Made by a program: the position numbers and the translations under genes. Below are positions 41,824 to 50,673 of a stretch of DNA of 64,000 nucleotides, piece by piece (the first letter of the stretch is position 1; each line of letters opens with the position of its first letter). Below the pieces are notes generated by a model. That model had not been told where the DNA came from. It saw only the letters and a list, made by a program, of their open reading frames with translations, and made no database searches. The stretch lies in the NCBI GenBank assembly GCA_021845665.1, contig JAJZVO010000008.1, forward strand, positions 12,448 to 76,447. Reading direction: 5' to 3'. The stretch is from Bacteroidota bacterium. Lineage in GTDB: Bacteria; Bacteroidota; Ignavibacteria; Kryptoniales; JAKASW01.

Positions 41824-42627
41824 TCAATATCCGAACACTTCGTTAACCAGGATCAGGCGTACATTTCTGTTGAGATGGGCCGCCTCCTTCTCGAATATCA
41901 GGAGTTTGCCAATCTCTCCCAATCCGCTTCGGCCGGAAAGTTTCATACCGGCCTCTTCGACCTTCGGCGGACAATACTCTCTGACCCGGCGGATGGCATC
42001 CTCCAATGTCGGGACGATTTTCTGAATACCCGCTATCCAGATCACGTTCTTGCTCGAGAGATAAGGTGACAGCTGACTGCCGGATCCGCTGGCAATTACA
42101 ACCTCGCCAGTTTCAGCAATTGAGTTCACGCTGCCGATGGAGTAATCCGCCTGGACACTCTGCTTCCGAAGCAGCGCGCGTTTTTCCGGATCGTTCTCCG
42201 ATCTTATCTCCGCGCTGATATTTCGCCACGAATGTCTCTCGGATTTGAGCTCATCGATGAAGCCAATTTCGTGAAGCGTCACCGACGCTGCCGTAACCAG
42301 AGTCGCTCCTTCAGGAACAAGATCCACAACCCTTTTCAAAGCTTCATGACTGTTTTCGACGAATTCGACCGAAATCCCTCGCGATACGAGCGAATTCATA
42401 ACAATGCCGAATCGACCGTCCCTCTGAGTTTCGAGAGTACCGGCTTCAAACACCACCTTAAGGTGGTGGGAAATCGTAGGCTGCGATAGATGGTAGACCT
42501 TCTCTGCATCGCGACACGTAATCGATTTCTGCCTGATGATCTCGCGGACAATCCGTACGCGCGTCTTAGTGGAGAGCGCTTTCGCGATCTTGACTATTTG
42601 ATCTTCGGTCATTTCCATGTGGAACAC
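41824..42627 (-). CDS. ArsR-family HTH fused to a LUD (LutC/YkgG-like) domain
   Basis: 267 aa. N-terminus: KALSTKTRVRIVREI...LSQPTISHHLKVVFEAG (ArsR/SmtB HTH). C-terminus: ...SIGSVNSIAETGEVVIASGSGSQL...VIWIAGIQKIVPTLEDA...RLILVNE, resembling the LUD/DUF162 domain. Confidence 0.6.
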   Translation of the reverse strand: MFHMEMTEDQIVKIAKALSTKTRVRIVREIIRQKSITCRDAEKVYHLSQPTISHHLKVVFEAGTLETQRDGRFGIVMNSLVSRGISVEFVENSHEALKRVVDLVPEGATLVTAASVTLHEIGFIDELKSERHSWRNISAEIRSENDPEKRALLRKQSVQADYSIGSVNSIAETGEVVIASGSGSQLSPYLSSKNVIWIAGIQKIVPTLEDAIRRVREYCPPKVEEAGMKLSGRSGLGEIGKLLIFEKEAAHLNRNVRLILVNEVFGY

Positions 42628-42796
42628 TCCGGCGCAAAGGACCGGCAGGCCAAAGGATTAAGATGGAAAGCGATTGGGGGATTGGGCCACTTCTCTGCCG
42701 TCGCCGACGTCCATTCCTTTTACTTGCTTACACTGATGAAAATCACCCCTGATACGCGGGCGAATACTTAGCGGCCCACATCCACGTTCCACGGAG

Positions 42797-42829
42797 ACAA
42801 AAAACGCCCCTGGATCAGTCCCGGGGCGT
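42797..42829 (-). terminator. Rho-independent terminator after the repeat-protein gene
   Basis: Minus strand: ACGCCCCGGG-ACUGAU-CCAGGGGCGU followed by UUUUUUG. Lies 20 nt after the stop at 42849. Confidence 0.75.
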
Positions 42830-42848
42830 AGGTAAATCGCAAGTTAGA

Positions 42849-43340
42849 TCAGAACGACCAATTGACGATCGGGAAGACAGGAAACTCTCCTCCTGTCCGT
42901 ATCATGTTGATTATTCCAATCTGAATCCCGTTCATGGTACCCGCATAATTCACGAGCCCAAGTTGAAAGCCCGTCACATGATGGCCAATGTTGACCCAGC
43001 CATATTGAAAGCCTTCGAAATTCTGCTTTGCCATATTAAGCAGGCCTGCCTGGAAACCGAGGACGTTCCCATCATCGACATTGGCTGCGCCCCACTGAAC
43101 ACCGGTCATTCCACCACTCCCGACGGCGTTGACGAGTCCCCAGTCGAGTCCGAGCATCGACACGTTATTTCCGTAAATCAAATTAATACGGAGGCCGGTG
43201 ATCGGGGTACTTTCAGGGAAAATCTGAATCGGATTGAAGAGCGCGACGTTAATCGGCTTTGACTGCGCAAAACCGATAGATGGTAACACGAGAATCGCAG
43301 CTACAAGTACTCCGTAGGGACGAAATGATTTGCCTTTCAT
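42849..43340 (-). CDS. Secreted repeat protein with G-x-Q-x-G-[LIV]-x-N units
   Basis: 163 aa with a signal peptide. Repeats are GLRINLIYG, GLDWGLVN, GVQWGAAN, GFQAGLLN, GFQYGWVN, GFQLGLVN and GIQIGIIN. C-terminus is FPIVNWSF. Confidence 0.65.
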   Translation of the reverse strand: MKGKSFRPYGVLVAAILVLPSIGFAQSKPINVALFNPIQIFPESTPITGLRINLIYGNNVSMLGLDWGLVNAVGSGGMTGVQWGAANVDDGNVLGFQAGLLNMAKQNFEGFQYGWVNIGHHVTGFQLGLVNYAGTMNGIQIGIINMIRTGGEFPVFPIVNWSF

Positions 43341-43501
43341 AAAATCCTCCTGTTTTTTGGCTCAGAAATATAATCATCCGACAAGCGTTCCACAATAAGA
43401 TGGCGAACGGGCAGGCAAATCGCCTTACTCGCGCAAATTCGCTCGGTTTGTGTTTTCACATTTCTTTGCATAATATTTTCTAACCACAACAGGATATCAT
43501 C

Positions 43502-43945
43502 ATGTCAAAAATCAGAGTCGGCTGGTTCGAATACTTCATGGCGGTAGCTGAAGAGGTCGCTACACGCAGCACTTGCGACCGTAAGCATGTCGGTGCCGTA
43601 ATCGTTCGCGACAAAGTCATCCTCTCGACCGGATACAACGGGAGTCTGCACGGCGCGCCTCACTGCGACGACATAGGTCACGACATGGAAAACGGCCACT
43701 GCGTCCGTACCATGCATGCCGAGGCGAACGCAGTCGCGCAGGCAGCGAAGAACGGCGTGAACATCAACAGCTCGGAGATCTACGTCACCGCCTCGCCCTG
43801 CCTGACATGCTTCAAGCTGATCGCCAACTCCGGCATCCACACAATTTATTTCAAGGAATTCTACCGCGACGACCGGATAACGAAATACGCACAGGAATCC
43901 GGAGTGAAGCTGGTTTACATGGGAGATGAAATCAAATCAGAGTAA
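43502..43945 (+). CDS. dCMP deaminase (cytidine/deoxycytidylate deaminase zinc-binding family)
   Basis: 147 aa with HAEANA and PCLTCFKLI zinc-binding motifs. Typical ComEB/dCMP deaminase length. Confidence 0.85.
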   Translation: MSKIRVGWFEYFMAVAEEVATRSTCDRKHVGAVIVRDKVILSTGYNGSLHGAPHCDDIGHDMENGHCVRTMHAEANAVAQAAKNGVNINSSEIYVTASPCLTCFKLIANSGIHTIYFKEFYRDDRITKYAQESGVKLVYMGDEIKSE

Positions 43946-44107
43946 CCTGATCGCGAAGTCATGCGAGATGAGCCTCTGGTGTACAAGTGTTAGCCTTTGA
44001 TTGACGGATGGCGCAACCCGCTAAGTTCTCATCTCAACCGTGTCACGTCGTCGATCAGTCAAATTACTGCAATGCACTGGCATTGTCGATAGCCGATACC
44101 GGCACAA

Positions 44108-44755
44108 TTAGAAGCCGGCACTCGCCATAACCGACCAGACGTTGTTGTTCCAGTTGTTCCCTGCAGAGCGGAATGCTCTTCCTGTTCCGAAAGTGTATCT
44201 GACTTCGAGCCCCAGCGTTATCGGTCCTATATTGATATTAGGTCCGCCTCCGACGGCAACATTGAAATCAAACTCGCGAATATTTTCCGAAGCGTTGCTT
44301 GTAAACTCCTGTGTGCCGGAAGATGAGTAAGTCGTGGTCTTAGCTTGCGAATAGACGTTAAAGGCAAAGTCCGGGCCCGCGAATAAATCGAATCCTGCAG
44401 GCAGAATCGGCAGACTAAACAGATTCATCCTAAGCAACACCGGGACTTCGATGTAATCGAGCGTCAGCGTACTGGTTTCCGGGACATAGACTGGTACAGG
44501 CCCTATGGAATTCGGTGTGCCCGATGCTCCTTTCATGGAAAAGAGGATCTCCGGCTGGAGGGCTAGTCCGGCGACAAGATTGTAACGCGCGAATCCTCCG
44601 ATTATCAGACCATCTCGCGATGAACTGTAGGGATGACCGGTAAGGCTCGCGATATTCACACCTCCTGTAATTCCAAGCTGCTGCGCCCGGGCCCCATGCA
44701 CATCAATCATAACTCCAGTCAAGAAAGCCAGTATTAACCACTTTATCCGTTTCAT
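44108..44755 (-). CDS. Outer-membrane beta-barrel protein (porin-family/OmpW-like small barrel)
   Basis: 215 aa with a signal peptide. Shows alternating amphipathic strands and a C-terminal aromatic residue (SAGF). Confidence 0.65.
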   Translation of the reverse strand: MKRIKWLILAFLTGVMIDVHGARAQQLGITGGVNIASLTGHPYSSSRDGLIIGGFARYNLVAGLALQPEILFSMKGASGTPNSIGPVPVYVPETSTLTLDYIEVPVLLRMNLFSLPILPAGFDLFAGPDFAFNVYSQAKTTTYSSSGTQEFTSNASENIREFDFNVAVGGGPNINIGPITLGLEVRYTFGTGRAFRSAGNNWNNNVWSVMASAGF

Positions 44756-45008
44756 GATCGTTCTCCTCGTTTCGTTTGTTGTCGGTCCCTATGCCTGCTA
44801 CTCGTTGTCGATAGCACACGGCACGCTGTCGTTCAAGTGACAAATTCTTCCCTGGATACATAGGAAACGGTGGCGGATGCAGCGAGCTTTCTTGTCCACG
44901 TTTCGAGCCTGCACCACAGAGTGTGAATTACCACCAATTCTAAAGGCCGTCAATTACCTTTTGTCTGCCCACTTAATCCCTAATAAGCTGACACTAAAGG
45001 AGGGGAAT

Positions 45009-45088
45009 GTCATTCTGAAAGAGCAAAGCAAATATAGAATCCATCCAGAGAGTCTGAAAACTGGATGGTTCACTTCGTTCAGCATGAC
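45009..45088. repeat. Nested palindromic element downstream of the metalloprotease gene
   Basis: Outer arms are GTCATTCTGAAAGAGC and CTTCGTTCAGCATGAC (imperfect). Inner perfect 8-bp stem is CCATCCAG (45041..45048) / CTGGATGG (45061..45068). Track ORF 44877..45125 merely translates it. Confidence 0.55.
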
Positions 45089-45160
45089 AGACCGAACTTT
45101 TGGGAAAGCTTCAGCGAGCGCTTGAGTCAGCCGCATTCGCAAGTACATCAGGCGTCGTGG

Positions 45161-47422
45161 TCATTTCACTAGAACGAGTTTTCTCACCAGGCTGAATCCA
45201 CGTTCGCCGGAGGCCGGTGTAGCTGTGAGTCTGCAGAAATACACGCCGCTTGGCAGGCTGCGGCCATCAAACACAACCGAATAGTCTCCCGGCCTCCTGA
45301 GTTCGTTGACCAAAGTCGCGACTTGTCTTCCCAAGACGTCAAATACCTTCAGCGTCACAAATCCGAAAACCGCGATTCGATATTCGATATTCGTCGTCGG
45401 ATTAAACGGGTTCGGATAGTTTTGCGATAAGCCGAACGACCGGGGAGTTGACGCGGCGGCATCTTTGACGGCAGTTGCGATACTGACGTAGGCGCGAATG
45501 AGATAGGTGGCTATGGTACTATCCGAGGAGGAGACGACATACCAGCCCGCAGATTTCGGAGACGCCTCGGAGGATTTAAGGTAAGTATAACTATGATATG
45601 GGCCGCCCCTGGGCTGATTCGCTATCATCATTCCCGGAAGTCCAGAATCGTCGGGAATCACGAGAGCAACTGCGAAGGGCCGATCCGTATTGATACGGCT
45701 CGATGTCAGGTCTACGGTTGTCCAGTTTTGAAACGGAACCGGGTATGGAAGCGGCGAGGTCGTTGAAATAGATGCGGTGACCGAAGCGACAAGTTCGCCA
45801 AGGGGGGTTGGAGATTGAACGCCGGTATACCGGTAGATGCCCCCCGAAATGGACCCGGCTTTCCTGAATCCTATGCGGACTGAATCGAGTATCCCCTGCG
45901 GGAAAGCATCGAAGGTGACGCAGACGGTGTCGGACATGGACCATGAATAGTAGCCTACCGGCTCAGTGTTATCGTACTTGATCTCCGTCGCGCTCGAGCT
46001 CACTGAACCGCTCGCCTTGTAACTGAACGAAGCGAAATTAGCAGGATCCCGGTTTATCGCTACAAATGCTATGGTGGTATAGGTTGTGCCGTATCCGGGT
46101 TCCGAAAATTCGGAGCCGAAAGGTACTGCGAGGACATTCTTCGAAACAGGGCCGGTCTCTATCGCCTGGACCTGGAGGTTCGCATTGCCTGTGGTGTTAA
46201 TGAAAGTGATCTTAAGGTTGCTCCCGTTCTTGAAGATGAGATAGGAAGCTGCGACATGCTCCACTGAATCGCACCCCGTTGTGTTGGGGTTATTGATCAG
46301 CTTTCCGTTGGATGCCGGGAGTGCAGGATAAGCGTAACCGTACATTCGGTTCCCGGTTGTGTCGTTGAGTTCATTGGCGATGAGCCAGTTCTTGAAAATG
46401 TCATTAAACGTGAACGGTATCCCCGCCTTCGAGAATGCGTCATTGAGTATCGAAATCTCGGATACTTGATTGCTCTGCACAACATATTTGAAAACACCTA
46501 TCCCGAACCTATCCCAGAGGTAAATCGAAAACCGTTGGGCACGGGCGTAATCATTGAGGACGATAGTGTTGTCGTAACCTCTCCAGTCGAACAGATAATG
46601 ATTGGTTTCATTCGAGTACAATGAGAGGTTGGAAACCGGGTAGCCGCAAATGACCTCGGCAAGTTTGGAACAGCTTTCGTTTATGAAAACAGGTGCGACC
46701 GACGTTTTGTGGTAGTTGTAATTTATCATGTGCTGGAACTCATGCGCGGCGGTCGACATGGCGGATTGTATGCCGCTTGAATGCGTGAGGTCAGTCGGGT
46801 TGGCATCGAGATAATATATCTCAGCGCTATTACTATAGCTCCCGCCTACTTCCTGTTTGGGATCGAAGAAGCCTTCCACGTATCCTCCTGTACCCGTAAA
46901 ACCGTCGCGGACATTGCATATTAGTATGATAATCTTTGGATCGCCGTCCACATCCGGAGGCGCACCGAACGCGAGGGAATCGGTTTCGAAGATGCCTCTC
47001 GAAGGGTTAGCCGGGGTCATATTATCAAAATCGTTTATGATCGAGTCGACCGCTCCCTGTGTGACTCGGCTGGTCCACATAGAGTCCTCAACGAACACGT
47101 AGCAGTGCTTTCCGATCCCCCTGCATGTCGACTTGTCCTGGTAATAGGTGTGGGCCTTGAGGTCCGAGACCCACCATGAATGCGCATCGCCCACTTTGAA
47201 ATTCCATGACGCGGATTCTTTTGTGTGCGGATGTCGCGTCATTTCGGGATGTGCCAACGCGTACTCTGCCGCTTCCCGGTAATGGTCATACAACAGCGGC
47301 ATCGGATCGATTGGGTAAGTCTTCGCGAATTCCGGAACCGGCAGACTTTGAACGGACTGTCCGTAAGAAATCCCGAATACGGTAAGTATGGTAAAGGAAA
47401 TGATAGAGAGTCTCATAAGCAC
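45161..47422 (-). CDS. Secreted zinc metalloprotease (HEFQH motif; M30 hyicolysin-like, uncertain) with T9SS sorting domain
   Basis: 753 aa with a signal peptide. STAAHEFQHMINY is the HExxH motif. C-terminus is LSQNYPNPFNPTTNI...VFDVLGRQV...GVYFCRL...KLVLVK. Confidence 0.75.
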   Translation of the reverse strand: MLMRLSIISFTILTVFGISYGQSVQSLPVPEFAKTYPIDPMPLLYDHYREAAEYALAHPEMTRHPHTKESASWNFKVGDAHSWWVSDLKAHTYYQDKSTCRGIGKHCYVFVEDSMWTSRVTQGAVDSIINDFDNMTPANPSRGIFETDSLAFGAPPDVDGDPKIIILICNVRDGFTGTGGYVEGFFDPKQEVGGSYSNSAEIYYLDANPTDLTHSSGIQSAMSTAAHEFQHMINYNYHKTSVAPVFINESCSKLAEVICGYPVSNLSLYSNETNHYLFDWRGYDNTIVLNDYARAQRFSIYLWDRFGIGVFKYVVQSNQVSEISILNDAFSKAGIPFTFNDIFKNWLIANELNDTTGNRMYGYAYPALPASNGKLINNPNTTGCDSVEHVAASYLIFKNGSNLKITFINTTGNANLQVQAIETGPVSKNVLAVPFGSEFSEPGYGTTYTTIAFVAINRDPANFASFSYKASGSVSSSATEIKYDNTEPVGYYSWSMSDTVCVTFDAFPQGILDSVRIGFRKAGSISGGIYRYTGVQSPTPLGELVASVTASISTTSPLPYPVPFQNWTTVDLTSSRINTDRPFAVALVIPDDSGLPGMMIANQPRGGPYHSYTYLKSSEASPKSAGWYVVSSSDSTIATYLIRAYVSIATAVKDAAASTPRSFGLSQNYPNPFNPTTNIEYRIAVFGFVTLKVFDVLGRQVATLVNELRRPGDYSVVFDGRSLPSGVYFCRLTATPASGERGFSLVRKLVLVK

Positions 47423-47443
47423 ACCCTTACTTGTTCAGTGAAT

Positions 47444-47749
47444 TCAGTCTTGTGCGGCTACAGCCTTGACTATCTCTATTTCGTCAACGGGCTTCTTCTT
47501 TTCTATTCCAACGTAGAAAACTTCCACCTTTTTGCCCTGATTTGAAAGAAGCATCTGTCTCACAATGCCGCTGCATTTGATCAAATAGACTTTGCTCTCG
47601 TCGATACGGATGGCCAGGCTGGTGAAAGGCTCGTTGCCCACCATCATTACCACGCCGGTCATTTTCCGCGGCACGTCGAAGACGGTCTTCGATGACGAGC
47701 ATCCCGCGACGCACAGCACAAGAAAGAGAACAGGTGTTCTCAAAATCAA
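47444..47749 (-). CDS. Small lipoprotein of unknown function
   Basis: Start placed at TTG 47749, giving (M)ILRTPVLFLVLCVAGCSSS, a lipobox signal peptide. The longer track ORF (to 47908) has no such N-terminus. The stop lies 21 nt before the metalloprotease start. Confidence 0.55.
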   Translation of the reverse strand: MILRTPVLFLVLCVAGCSSSKTVFDVPRKMTGVVMMVGNEPFTSLAIRIDESKVYLIKCSGIVRQMLLSNQGKKVEVFYVGIEKKKPVDEIEIVKAVAAQD

Positions 47750-48200
47750 GCGAATGGTATTGAAATAATCGCGGTGCACGACGCGTTGTTTGAAGATGAC
47801 GATTTGCGCGCAATCTATCAAGGATAGGAGACGACGATTGTGACGACAGACAACGAGCACCTGAACGGAACCGGCGTTCCACTTTAACTTTAGTCTGCAG
47901 GCTATCATCTTCCATCAAAGGAATTTAAGAGCCTGCGAACCCTCGCTCAGGTTTCTTCCGCTTGTAGGGAAAGGTCAGGATGGGGTGAGTGGGCCATAAC
48001 GCAAATCCATAAGCTCAAACGACTGACGGTTGTCGGTTCGGATTGTGTCGTTGTGTCTCTCTTCTCACATTCCCCCTCACATCCATCTCCTCTAACACCG
48101 TAACTGAGCGGTTACGTTCAAAATTCTTCCAAAGTTGAATTTTAAACCGATATTTCGTAAAGTCTCGATGAAGTAAAATCTAAACGAAAGGGGGAAATTC

Positions 48201-48830
48201 ATGTATGCGTTCAAACCTCACTTGCTGCTTTTGCTCGGAAGCTTGGCAGTTCTAGCCACAGGTTGCTCTTCCTTCAGCGGCTTAGACTCGAGGATTGTTC
48301 CGCCGACGCTGATCGAGAAGGCACCTCTACCTCAGCCTCCGGTAGCGCTGGCGGGCAGGGATTTCTACCTTAGAATGGAGATACTTGTCGGAAAGGACGG
48401 CGCGGTCCGGCATGTTACTCTAACCAAATCCAGCGGTGACCCGGAGTGGGATGCAGTTGCTGTGGAACGAATTATGGAATGGAAATTCTCTCCTGCACTC
48501 ATGGACGACAAGCCAATCCAAATGAGAATTATCCAAACGGCCAGAGTCGTCACTTCGACGCCGATAATGATGGATCTTTCGGAACTCGTTTGCATGAGTT
48601 TCGCCAAGGCTGACTCTGCGTATTCCTTCCTGAGAGAAGGAGCTTCCTTTGATTCGATTGCCTCCGTTTACAGTTGCAAAGAGGTAAGCATGTCTGTCGG
48701 GCACATAGGAGAGATCGACATCAACCGCTACCCGGAAGACGTGCAGTCGGAGCTGCATAACCTCAAGAGAGGTTCCTTCACACAGCCACTGCCGCTAGGA
48801 CCATATTTCGCAATCTTCATGAAGCACTAG
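48201..48830 (+). CDS. Lipoprotein with TonB C-terminal-like domain and PpiC-type rotamase-like tail
   Basis: 209 aa. Lipobox LAVLATGCSS. MEILVGKDGAVRHVTLTKSSGDPEWDAVAVERIMEWKFSPA resembles TonB_C. The C-terminal region resembles parvulin-type PPIase weakly. AAAGGGGGA lies upstream of the ATG. Confidence 0.6.
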   Translation: MYAFKPHLLLLLGSLAVLATGCSSFSGLDSRIVPPTLIEKAPLPQPPVALAGRDFYLRMEILVGKDGAVRHVTLTKSSGDPEWDAVAVERIMEWKFSPALMDDKPIQMRIIQTARVVTSTPIMMDLSELVCMSFAKADSAYSFLREGASFDSIASVYSCKEVSMSVGHIGEIDINRYPEDVQSELHNLKRGSFTQPLPLGPYFAIFMKH

Positions 48831-48836
48831 GTCCAA

Positions 48837-48875
48837 AGAAAGCCGCGCGGGAAAATCACGCGGCTTTCTCCTTTG
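48837..48875 (+). terminator. Rho-independent terminator after the TonB-like lipoprotein gene
   Basis: AGAAAGCCGCG-CGGGAAAAUCA-CGCGGCUUUCU (11-bp perfect stem) followed by CCUUUG. Starts 7 nt after the stop codon. Confidence 0.6.
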
Positions 48876-48993
48876 AAACTCGAACGTCAAGTTCGTAAAT
48901 TTATCTGATGATTCCCGAAGTCCGAAAGCGGGACCGCGATTCACTTTCAGATAAGGGATCCCCGGTTTCCCACGGTTTGCGCCGGGCGAAATT

Positions 48994-49076
48994 GGAGGGT
49001 TGGCAGAATGGCTAATGCACCGGTCTTGAAAACCGGCGCCCTCACGGGCTTGGGGGTTCGAGTCCCTCACCCTCCG
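48994..49076 (+). tRNA. tRNA-Ser (anticodon UGA)
   Basis: Cloverleaf folded by hand. Acceptor stem GGAGGGU/ACCCUCC. Anticodon arm CCGGU-CUUGAAA-ACCGG (anticodon TGA). Long variable arm GCCC-UCAC-GGGC. T arm GGGGG-UUCGAGU-CCCUC. Discriminator G. CCA is not encoded. Confidence 0.9.
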
Positions 49077-49141
49077 CTTCATCATTGAATCTCTTACCTT
49101 ATACCGCTGAGCACCCAAACAAAACTATCACTGAGGCTTGA

Positions 49142-49846
49142 AAGCTTTATCCATGGTGGTACATCCCTGACCTTACTTCCCCAATTTTTATAGCGATGAT
49201 AGCCACGGTCCATGTCTCTGTTTCGATTTATGCCGTCGAGGGTGGTATGGGACTGGCAACTGTAGTCACCTACGCGTAAGAGACCGGCAATAATTCCCTC
49301 CTGAACTATTTTAAATCGCATACGCTGATTTTCGCACTCCTCACAGTAGTCTTCGGCGCCATTACGGGTGTCGGCATTTGGTGGACGATCTGATTGGTCT
49401 CTCCTCTGGCGGCAAAATCATTGATCCACATTTTTGTTTTCGGATGGGCCATGGAGTACGTCTTCTTCCTTTTTGGAGCAATGGAGAGATCCACGATAGT
49501 GCAGATCGCGAAGCATCGTCTCGCGTGTCCGACGTTAGGACTCACCGCAGTATCGCCGGGATTTGTCCTAGTTGCGCACTTCAGTCAAAGAAGGCTTCCT
49601 GCGCAGAGGGGTGTAATTGTCGCCGCGATATTACAGCTTCTCATCATCGCGCTTAACGCAGTCAGCAGGCAAAGAGTGCAGAACACCGAGATAATTCGGT
49701 GCGGGGACGTTTCGAAATCACCTGTGAATCTCCATTGGAGCCACATGATTTTGTATTTCGCGTTATTACTATTCGGGCTCGGAGTTGCGGCCTGGATGGT
49801 GGCAAAAATAGCAGCTATCGGAAGGAAGAACGCGGCAGCTTCTTAA
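49142..49846 (+). pseudogene. Decayed membrane-protein gene (cytochrome bd subunit I/CydA-like N-terminal region)
   Basis: One reading frame gives LYPWWYIPDLTSPIFIAMIATVHVSVSIYAVEGGMGLATVVTYA, then TAA (49277). It continues ETGNNSLLNYFKSHTLIFALLTVVFGAITGVGIWWTI, then TGA (49391). It continues LVSPLAAKSLIHIFVFGWAMEYVFFLFG..., then becomes non-membrane-like. An in-frame TGA also precedes it at 49139 and there is no ATG start. Confidence 0.35.
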
Positions 49847-49873
49847 AAAAACGGGCGAAAGTTATATCGCCCG
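49845..49873 (-). terminator. Rho-independent terminator after engB
   Basis: Minus strand: CGGGCGA-UAUAACUU-UCGCCCG followed by UUUUUUU. Lies 30 nt after the stop at 49903. Confidence 0.75.
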
Positions 49874-49902
49874 CGAATTCCGTGGAGTGATCGGACGTAA
49901 TC

Positions 49903-50499
49903 TCAATCCTTCGGTTCAGTAAAATCCTCCACAATCTTCACTAGTTCGTTTCGCCCCTGGCCGGATACGGCTGAAAACGGGAGGAAACACTGGCAGAATT
50001 TGAGGTTGGGGAGTTGAGCCTTTGCGCGCGCCATGTGGGTATTCATCTTGTTCTGAGAAAGCTTATCGGCCTTCGTCATCACGATCACATAAGGGATCTT
50101 ATAAAACTCCAGCCAGCCGATCATGATCTTGTCGAGCTCCATCGGTTCGTGCCTGGCATCCAGGATCTGAACCACAAGTTTCAATTGCTTCCTATCCTGC
50201 AGATAGGTCTCGACCAGTTTTGCCCAACTCGATTTCATATGCTCTGGAGCGATCGCATAGCCGTATCCCGGCAGATCGACGAAGTACTTTTCGTCGTTGA
50301 TGAGGAAGAAATTCAAAGCTCTTGTTTTTCCAGGGGTGGAGCTTGCCTGTGCCAGGCTCTTCTTGTTGCAGAGTTTGTTGATCAGCGAAGACTTGCCGAC
50401 GTTTGATCTCCCGATGAAGGCTATCTCGGGCAAATCCGTATCAGGCACCTGTGAATAGTCCACAGCGCTCGTGACGAACTTAGCTGCCTCGATCTTCAT
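49903..50499 (-). CDS. engB: Ribosome biogenesis GTPase YihA/EngB
   Basis: 198 aa with GRSNVGKSSLIN (G1), DLPGYG (G3) and TKADK (G4). Confidence 0.9.
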   Translation of the reverse strand: MKIEAAKFVTSAVDYSQVPDTDLPEIAFIGRSNVGKSSLINKLCNKKSLAQASSTPGKTRALNFFLINDEKYFVDLPGYGYAIAPEHMKSSWAKLVETYLQDRKQLKLVVQILDARHEPMELDKIMIGWLEFYKIPYVIVMTKADKLSQNKMNTHMARAKAQLPNLKFCQCFLPFSAVSGQGRNELVKIVEDFTEPKD

Positions 50500-50585
50500 A
50501 AGGTTTCATCCCCGTTTACTAATTTCACGTATGAAATTAAGAAATTTTCGTATTAATCTCAATGCACCCTATGTGCAACAGGAAA

Positions 50586-50636
50586 GGAAACAAAAATTCC
50601 CCTCCGAACGTGCCAATGCCGTTCGAAGGGGAATTT
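50586..50636 (-). terminator. Rho-independent terminator ending the alpha operon (after rplQ)
   Basis: Minus strand: 17-bp stem AAAUUCCCCUUCGAACG/CGUUCGGAGGGGAAUUU (one mismatch) followed by UUGUUUCCUUUCC. Lies 38 nt after the rplQ stop. Confidence 0.8.
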
Positions 50637-50673
50637 GTCGAAAAGGCTTTGCTTGCTGAAGGATCTTGGAGCG

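Noticed and set aside
49139-49393. Selenocysteine or programmed readthrough as the explanation for the in-frame stops in the CydA-like frame.
   Set aside because: The stops are of two kinds (TGA and TAA). No SECIS-like hairpin is obvious, there is no start codon, and the downstream sequence loses membrane-protein character. Gene decay is the simpler explanation.
48900-49900. Genomic island or prophage integrated at tRNA-Ser.
   Set aside because: There is no integrase, transposase or phage-like gene, and no direct repeat of the tRNA 3' end, within the following kilobase. Housekeeping engB and the ribosomal genes follow directly.
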